DNA of 40,711 nucleotides from a virus: UHGV virus genome UHGV-1370040; one strand, 5' to 3'. Shown piece by piece: positions 35,912 to 40,711 of this stretch (position 1 is its first letter; each line of letters starts with the position of its first letter). The notes under the pieces were generated by a model. It saw only the letters and a program-made list of their open reading frames with translations, ran no database searches and was not told where the DNA came from. The position numbers and the translations under genes were made by a program.

Positions 35912-36535
35912 ATGAAACCAAACCTATTACCAATGGATTTACAAATGTTTGCCGAAGAAGACGGTGGTACAAACTTCACTTTCGATGATTTTAAGGCATT
36001 TGTAGAATCAAATGAAGAAGCACAAAAATTTGTACAATCACAGTCACAATCAGCTGCAGATAAACAATTAGAAGCTTGGAAACAAAATAATCTTGAAAAA
36101 ATCAAGGAAACAACAATCAAGGAGTATGAAGAATCTAAGAAAAATAAAACTCCTGAACAAATTAAATTAGAAGAATTACAGGCTGAATTTGAAGCTGAAA
36201 AGGCATTACGTGTGACTAGTGATAATAAAGCTTTTGTTGCAGAAAAAATTGCTGGCTTAGATTGGGACGGAGATTTGAAAGATTCTATTTCTCAATTTAT
36301 GTTAAATAATCTTGTTAGTTCAGATACTGAATTTACTAAGAAGGCTGTAGAAGGTTTTACAGAGCTTTTGGAAGCAATAAATGATAAGCATGCAGAAGCT
36401 ATTAAAAATGTAGAAATGACTAAAGCTTTTGGTAATAAATCGCAACAAACCAACATTGGAACTGGAAATCAAACAAAATCGTTTGAAAATCCAGAGGCAG
36501 CATTAGGACAAAAATTACAAGCATTTATCGATTAG
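35912..36535 (+). CDS. scaffolding protein
   Basis: Helical, acidic, about 200 aa. N-terminus MKPNLLPMDLQMFAEE. Lies immediately upstream of the capsid gene. Confidence 0.6.
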   Translation: MKPNLLPMDLQMFAEEDGGTNFTFDDFKAFVESNEEAQKFVQSQSQSAADKQLEAWKQNNLEKIKETTIKEYEESKKNKTPEQIKLEELQAEFEAEKALRVTSDNKAFVAEKIAGLDWDGDLKDSISQFMLNNLVSSDTEFTKKAVEGFTELLEAINDKHAEAIKNVEMTKAFGNKSQQTNIGTGNQTKSFENPEAALGQKLQAFID

Positions 36536-36548
36536 GAGGAAACTACAA

Positions 36549-37436
36549 ATGAAAAAAAGTTCATTAAATAATCTTGAGTATTTAGATATTTCACAGGAAG
36601 TTAACGCATTACAAGTTCCAAACACACCATTTTTAAGCTATTTGTTAGGCGCAGGTAAAGTTGAAGCTGCCAAGTCAACTGAGATTAAATGGCGAGAATA
36701 CGGCATGAATAATGATGATTCATCTGCTCAATTAGAAGGCGGAGAATACGCAGATGCGGAATCTGATCGTACATGGTTTAACAACTATACTGAAATTTTC
36801 AGAAAATCAACTTCTGTATCTGGCACATTAGATGCTATTAATGTAGATGGTGTAGGAAATGAATTGAATAGCCAAGTAGCTCTTCGTGCTACAGAAATGA
36901 AAATTGACTTAAATCGTAAATTGATTGTTGGTGTAAAGGCTGATGAATCTGGTTCTAAAGGTCGTCAGATGAACGGAATTTTAAATTTGATTAGCTCAAC
37001 GAATAAAGTCGAAACAGCAGCTGCGGGGGCAGTAACAAGAAAAGATATTGATGCCTTATTTAAAACAATGTTCCAAAAAGGATACATGGGCGAAAAATTA
37101 TGTTTAGTAGCACCTGATATGCAAGAATTAATGACTGATCAGTTGGATGAAAAATCAACAAAAATTGTGCAATTTGGCGATAAACTTACTTTTGGATTGC
37201 AACTTGGAAATATTGTCTCAAATTACGGTTCAGGAATTGCGTTAATTGAACCTAATTTACCTAATGGAACAATCGCAGCTATTGATACTAATTATGTAAA
37301 ATTACGTCCACTACGTGAATGGCGTGCGGAAGAATTAGCAAAAACAACAGATTCAAGACGGATTGGATTAGTTGGTGAGTATTCAATTGAATACAAAGCT
37401 TCTAATTCTGGAGCAATCTTGAATTTGAAAGCCTAA
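36549..37436 (+). CDS. major capsid protein
   Basis: About 295 aa, follows the scaffold gene, strong RBS. Position in an SPP1-like head module. Confidence 0.65.
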   Translation: MKKSSLNNLEYLDISQEVNALQVPNTPFLSYLLGAGKVEAAKSTEIKWREYGMNNDDSSAQLEGGEYADAESDRTWFNNYTEIFRKSTSVSGTLDAINVDGVGNELNSQVALRATEMKIDLNRKLIVGVKADESGSKGRQMNGILNLISSTNKVETAAAGAVTRKDIDALFKTMFQKGYMGEKLCLVAPDMQELMTDQLDEKSTKIVQFGDKLTFGLQLGNIVSNYGSGIALIEPNLPNGTIAAIDTNYVKLRPLREWRAEELAKTTDSRRIGLVGEYSIEYKASNSGAILNLKA

Positions 37437-37464
37437 AATATAATAACGAAGGAGGAAATTAAAA

Positions 37465-37647
37465 ATGGCAACAGCAAAAAAAGAAGTAACTTATCGTGTG
37501 CTTGACAAGAAAAACTTTGTGGGCTTTATGCATCCTAAAACAAAAAAATTTATCACAGCAAACGAAAATAATGAATTTATAGTTTCAGAAGACGATAAAG
37601 AAGCTATTGAAATATTAGAACGTGCTGCAGATACTTTTAAAGTTTAG
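37465..37647 (+). CDS. hypothetical 60-aa head-module protein
   Basis: ORF with RBS AAGGAGGA. Confidence 0.4.
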   Translation: MATAKKEVTYRVLDKKNFVGFMHPKTKKFITANENNEFIVSEDDKEAIEILERAADTFKV

Positions 37648-37660
37648 GTAATGATGCTTT

Positions 37661-38005
37661 ATGGTTGATGAAAAAAAAGAAGAAATCGTTGAGAAAATTC
37701 AATTGATGCTACCTAACGCTTCTGAAGATAGGGTTTTGTCTGTTTTAAACCTTGTTATCTTTGAAATCAATTCTTACAATACTTGTAAAATTGATATTGC
37801 TTGGGACGAGTTTGAACCACTTATAATTGAGGTTATCTACAAAGCTTTAAAAAACGAAATAGATAAGTCTGTAGCTAGTGTAAAACGTGGTGATACATCA
37901 ATTAGTTATGTAGTTGAATCAAAAGACATACAATCACTCATGGAGAGCTATAGCAGTGCTATTAAACGTATTTTAGGCTGTGATAGCGGGGTGTTTTTCT
38001 ATTGA
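37661..38005 (+). CDS. head-tail connector (gp6-like)
   Basis: Size and synteny. Confidence 0.5.
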   Translation: MVDEKKEEIVEKIQLMLPNASEDRVLSVLNLVIFEINSYNTCKIDIAWDEFEPLIIEVIYKALKNEIDKSVASVKRGDTSISYVVESKDIQSLMESYSSAIKRILGCDSGVFFY

Positions 38006-38370
38006 ATGAAGCAGAAGTTTTAGCAGCTACTTATTTTGATACCTGTGTTATTGAGCGAATGAGTGATATTGAAAATGTGGAAAGCGGAATTACTGAACAA
38101 GTTTATTTTCCAATTCATGATGGCAAGTTGCCCTGTGCTTTCTCTCAAGGAAGTATGGGGAACTTACCTGTAATAGAAAACAAAGAAGCGTTTAATATCT
38201 CTTATGAAGAACAAAAACTTTTTTTAGAACCTAATATAAAAGTTAAAAAAGGAGATAGAATAACTATTACTCAAGGTACAGGTCAAAAACATGTGTTATT
38301 TTCAAAAAAACCTTTTTATTATCCAAGCCATATAGAAGTAGTGCTGTCAGGAAGTGCAATTGATGAGTAA
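38002..38370 (+). CDS. head closure / head-tail adaptor
   Basis: Size and synteny; overlapping starts. Confidence 0.5.
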   Translation: MNEAEVLAATYFDTCVIERMSDIENVESGITEQVYFPIHDGKLPCAFSQGSMGNLPVIENKEAFNISYEEQKLFLEPNIKVKKGDRITITQGTGQKHVLFSKKPFYYPSHIEVVLSGSAIDE

Positions 38371-38761
38371 AAGCGATCTTAGAATGAAATCAAATGCTGA
38401 TAAAGTTATTAAAAATTTAAAGAAAATGACACCCATTGCTGAAAAAGAAGGTACTGCAATGGTGAATGATTCGTTAGCTAAAATTTATCAGTTAATTGTA
38501 CCTTTGACACCAGTTAAATCTGGTGATTTAAGACGAGGCTATCGAATCATTAAAGCTAGAAAGTTGTCTAGTGGTCGTATCGTGGGAGCATTGATTAATA
38601 ATGAAAAATATTTTAGATATGTAAACGATGGCCACCGAACAAAAAATGGCGGATTTGTTAAAGGCAGATTTATGTTGCAAAAATCTAATAAATTAGCTAA
38701 TGCAACATATATTCCGAAACGATTTAAACAAATGGCGATTGTCATCGCTAAGAAAGGATAG
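38354..38761 (+). CDS. HK97 gp10-like tail-component protein
   Basis: Motif LTPVKSGDLRRGY plus size and synteny. Confidence 0.5.
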   Translation: MQLMSKSDLRMKSNADKVIKNLKKMTPIAEKEGTAMVNDSLAKIYQLIVPLTPVKSGDLRRGYRIIKARKLSSGRIVGALINNEKYFRYVNDGHRTKNGGFVKGRFMLQKSNKLANATYIPKRFKQMAIVIAKKG

Positions 38762-38764
38762 GGT

Positions 38765-39139
38765 ATGTACGATAAAATTTTAAAAATGCTTACTAGCAAA
38801 ATAAAACAGTTCTCGGATGCGCCTATCTATCTTGATAATGTGATGCAATCGTCAGAACCGTTTTATTTCGTTTTGAGCGTAGAAGAAAGCATGACTGATA
38901 ATGTAGGTCAAAACGTTCAAAATAAAGCATACAATGTTGATATTGCACTGGTTGATAGTAAGAAAGATAAACAATTAGTAACAAGCCTAACAGAAAGCTG
39001 TGGGGCTTTTTTTAATGTGTTGAATTTGGACGGAAATGAATTGTTTCCAGAAGATTATCAAACGTTTAAAACAGACGGAATTCAACATATCAATTTTAAT
39101 GTTGCGTTCCCACAATTAATTGAATGGAGTGAAAAATAG
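38765..39139 (+). CDS. tail completion / terminator protein
   Basis: Synteny. Confidence 0.4.
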   Translation: MYDKILKMLTSKIKQFSDAPIYLDNVMQSSEPFYFVLSVEESMTDNVGQNVQNKAYNVDIALVDSKKDKQLVTSLTESCGAFFNVLNLDGNELFPEDYQTFKTDGIQHINFNVAFPQLIEWSEK

Positions 39140-39988
39140 ATGGCAAAAATGAAAAATGTAAGTGTCATTTCTGTAGAGAAGCCAACGTGGTTCCCACTAA
39201 AAGACGAAACGGGCGCTTTTCCAGTTTACGGAACGCCAATTACAATCGGTACTGCTGTCAGTATCAAACCAGATGTTACAACAGAAACAACGCCTGACTA
39301 TGGCGATAGTGTAGTTCAAGATCAGTATGTTGCATTTGGTGGTGCAGAAGTTACTTTAGAAACAAACGGCTACCAAAATGAAGTTTTAGCTGAAATTACA
39401 GGGGGAAAAAAATTAAAGGGTGGCGTATTGCGGTCTGCGGATGATATTGCATCAGATGGAGCATTTGCTTACCGTCGCCGAAAATCGAACGGTAAATATC
39501 GCTATACGATTTTCTATAAAGGAAAATTTGCTTTAACATCTGATGAAACATCTACATTAGAAGGAAGTTCAGTATCTTATACTCATCCAGAATGGACGGG
39601 GTCTTTCGTTGATGTTCCAGGGTTGGGTTATATGTATTCCGTGGATGAAGACGATGAAGGTGTCGACTTAGAGATGATTAAAAACTGGTTTACTGAGGTA
39701 ATGGATCCACGTAAAGAAAATACTACTGCTGTTACTGGTGTAACTTTAGACCAAACAGAGTTAAATTTAAAAGTTGGCCAAACAGCAACCTTAACACCGA
39801 CAATTACACCAGATAACGCCTCAAATAAAAAATATCAGTTCCGTTCAGAAAGTGAGGCTATTGGAACTGTAACACCAATTCAAGGGAAGGTTACTGCTGT
39901 AGGAGAAGGGACAACGGAAATCGTAGTCACAACAGAAGATGGTAACTTTACCGCAAAATGTACATTAAATGTAACAACAGCAGATTAA
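39140..39988 (+). CDS. major tail protein with a C-terminal Ig-like (Big_2-type) domain
   Basis: Position before the G/GT chaperone. C-terminus VTGVTLDQTELNLKVGQTATLTPTITPDNA...VTAVGEGTTEIVVTTEDGNFTAKCTLNV is a Big_2-like pattern. Terminator hairpin follows at 39999-40025. Confidence 0.7.
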   Translation: MAKMKNVSVISVEKPTWFPLKDETGAFPVYGTPITIGTAVSIKPDVTTETTPDYGDSVVQDQYVAFGGAEVTLETNGYQNEVLAEITGGKKLKGGVLRSADDIASDGAFAYRRRKSNGKYRYTIFYKGKFALTSDETSTLEGSSVSYTHPEWTGSFVDVPGLGYMYSVDEDDEGVDLEMIKNWFTEVMDPRKENTTAVTGVTLDQTELNLKVGQTATLTPTITPDNASNKKYQFRSESEAIGTVTPIQGKVTAVGEGTTEIVVTTEDGNFTAKCTLNVTTAD

Positions 39989-40040
39989 AAATAACAGTTT
40001 AGGACGACCTTGTCGTCCTATTTTATATGGAGGAATTAAA

Positions 40041-40391
40041 ATGGCAAGTAAATTTCAACAAAAAATTAAATTAATGATTAAAGATGGAAGCAAATATACT
40101 ACAAAACAATTCACGTCGGCAGAATTTTTACCAGGTTCAGTCATGGATACAGGTACGGATTTACAAATCAGGTTAGAAGAAGCAACAAAAACAAATGATA
40201 TGGAAGCAATTCGTCCTATTTTAAGAGAATGCTATGACTTTATTGCTGACGTTATTTTTGAAAAACAGTTTACTGGACAAGAATATATTGACGGTATGGA
40301 TGCTCGTGAATTATTGAAAATTACAGCTCAATTGTTAGGTTCTGTTACTTCTGGTTATGATGCAATTTATTCTGAACAGAAAAAAAAGTAA
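40041..40391 (+). CDS. tail assembly chaperone (G). A -1 frameshift at A-AAA-AAG (40382-40388) gives a GT-like product extending to 40594
   Basis: Frame 0 stops at 40391. The -1 frame is open from 40379 to the TAA at 40592-40594. Eight A residues followed by G lie just before the stop. Confidence 0.75.
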   Translation: MASKFQQKIKLMIKDGSKYTTKQFTSAEFLPGSVMDTGTDLQIRLEEATKTNDMEAIRPILRECYDFIADVIFEKQFTGQEYIDGMDARELLKITAQLLGSVTSGYDAIYSEQKKK

Positions 40392-40611
40392 CGGAACTTT
40401 TATATCATCCTCATTTTAAGTACACGCCACAATATCGAGAAGCAGAACTAAAAAGTTCGCTTCTTGAGAATGGGTGGACTTTAAATGAGATCGAAAACAC
40501 AGATTTAAACGAGCTTTTGAAAATTTATGCATTTAAAGATGCTGTAGACGAATTTGAAAATATCAAATATCTTGATGAAAATACTATGTTCTAAGAGGGA
40601 GGGGGTACTTT

Positions 40612-40711
40612 TTGAACAATGAAGACTTAGTCTTAAAAATGATACTGGATGAATCTGGCTTTTCACAAGGATTAAATTCAGCAGTAAAAAAGTTACAAGG
40701 CTTTGATGTTG
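40612..40711 (+). CDS. tape measure protein, 3'-partial (first ~33 codons; TTG start after GGAGGGGG)
   Basis: MNNEDLVLKMILDESGFSQGLNSAVKKLQGFDV continues off the window. Follows the G/GT chaperone. Confidence 0.6.
   Translation, partial: MNNEDLVLKMILDESGFSQGLNSAVKKLQGFDV

Overview
The window is phage-derived throughout and A+T-rich, consistent with a low-GC Firmicutes host (Enterococcus/Listeria-like prophage content); apart from an Abi_2 island between the tRNA and the integrase, which may be phage cargo, no host housekeeping gene is recognisable. 1-10422 (+) is the distal end of a siphovirus morphogenesis/lysis module. It begins inside a tape-measure gene (the reading frame is open from base 3), followed by Dit, a multidomain tail lysin (tail endopeptidase / lysozyme-like / CHAP), a run of paralogous tail-fibre-like genes that includes a collagen-like G-X-Y protein, an XkdX-like gene, a holin and an amidase endolysin. 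Next come stacked terminators, an intact tRNA-Met(CAT) at 10853-10926 and an Abi_2 (AbiD/AbiF-like) abortive-infection gene. From about 12.1 kb to the end of the window lies the left 28 kb of a temperate siphophage: tyrosine integrase, an Ltp-like lipoprotein, an ImmA/cI/cro switch with four GATAC-N5-GTATC operators, RecT with a PD-(D/E)XK nuclease, DnaD-like and DnaC-like replication genes, RusA, YopX, about 12 small early ORFs, ArpU, TerS/TerL, portal, a MuF head protein with a C-terminal HExxH extension, scaffold, capsid, connectors, major tail protein, a G/GT frameshifted chaperone, and the first 33 codons of a second tape-measure gene. The most notable features are an accessory module between arpU and terS (27155-29500) and a MuF-HExxH toxin candidate with a downstream acidic ORF. 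The accessory module is a very AT-rich two-gene cassette, a 320-aa protein of no recognisable family plus a 4-TM membrane protein, followed by a phage tRNA-Lys(UUU). Its sigma-A promoter carries the same 14-bp palindrome (CGAACT-NN-AGTTCG) found in the promoter of an isolated 82-aa gene 15 kb away, next to the integrase. I could not run searches, so all family calls rest on motif recognition and synteny.
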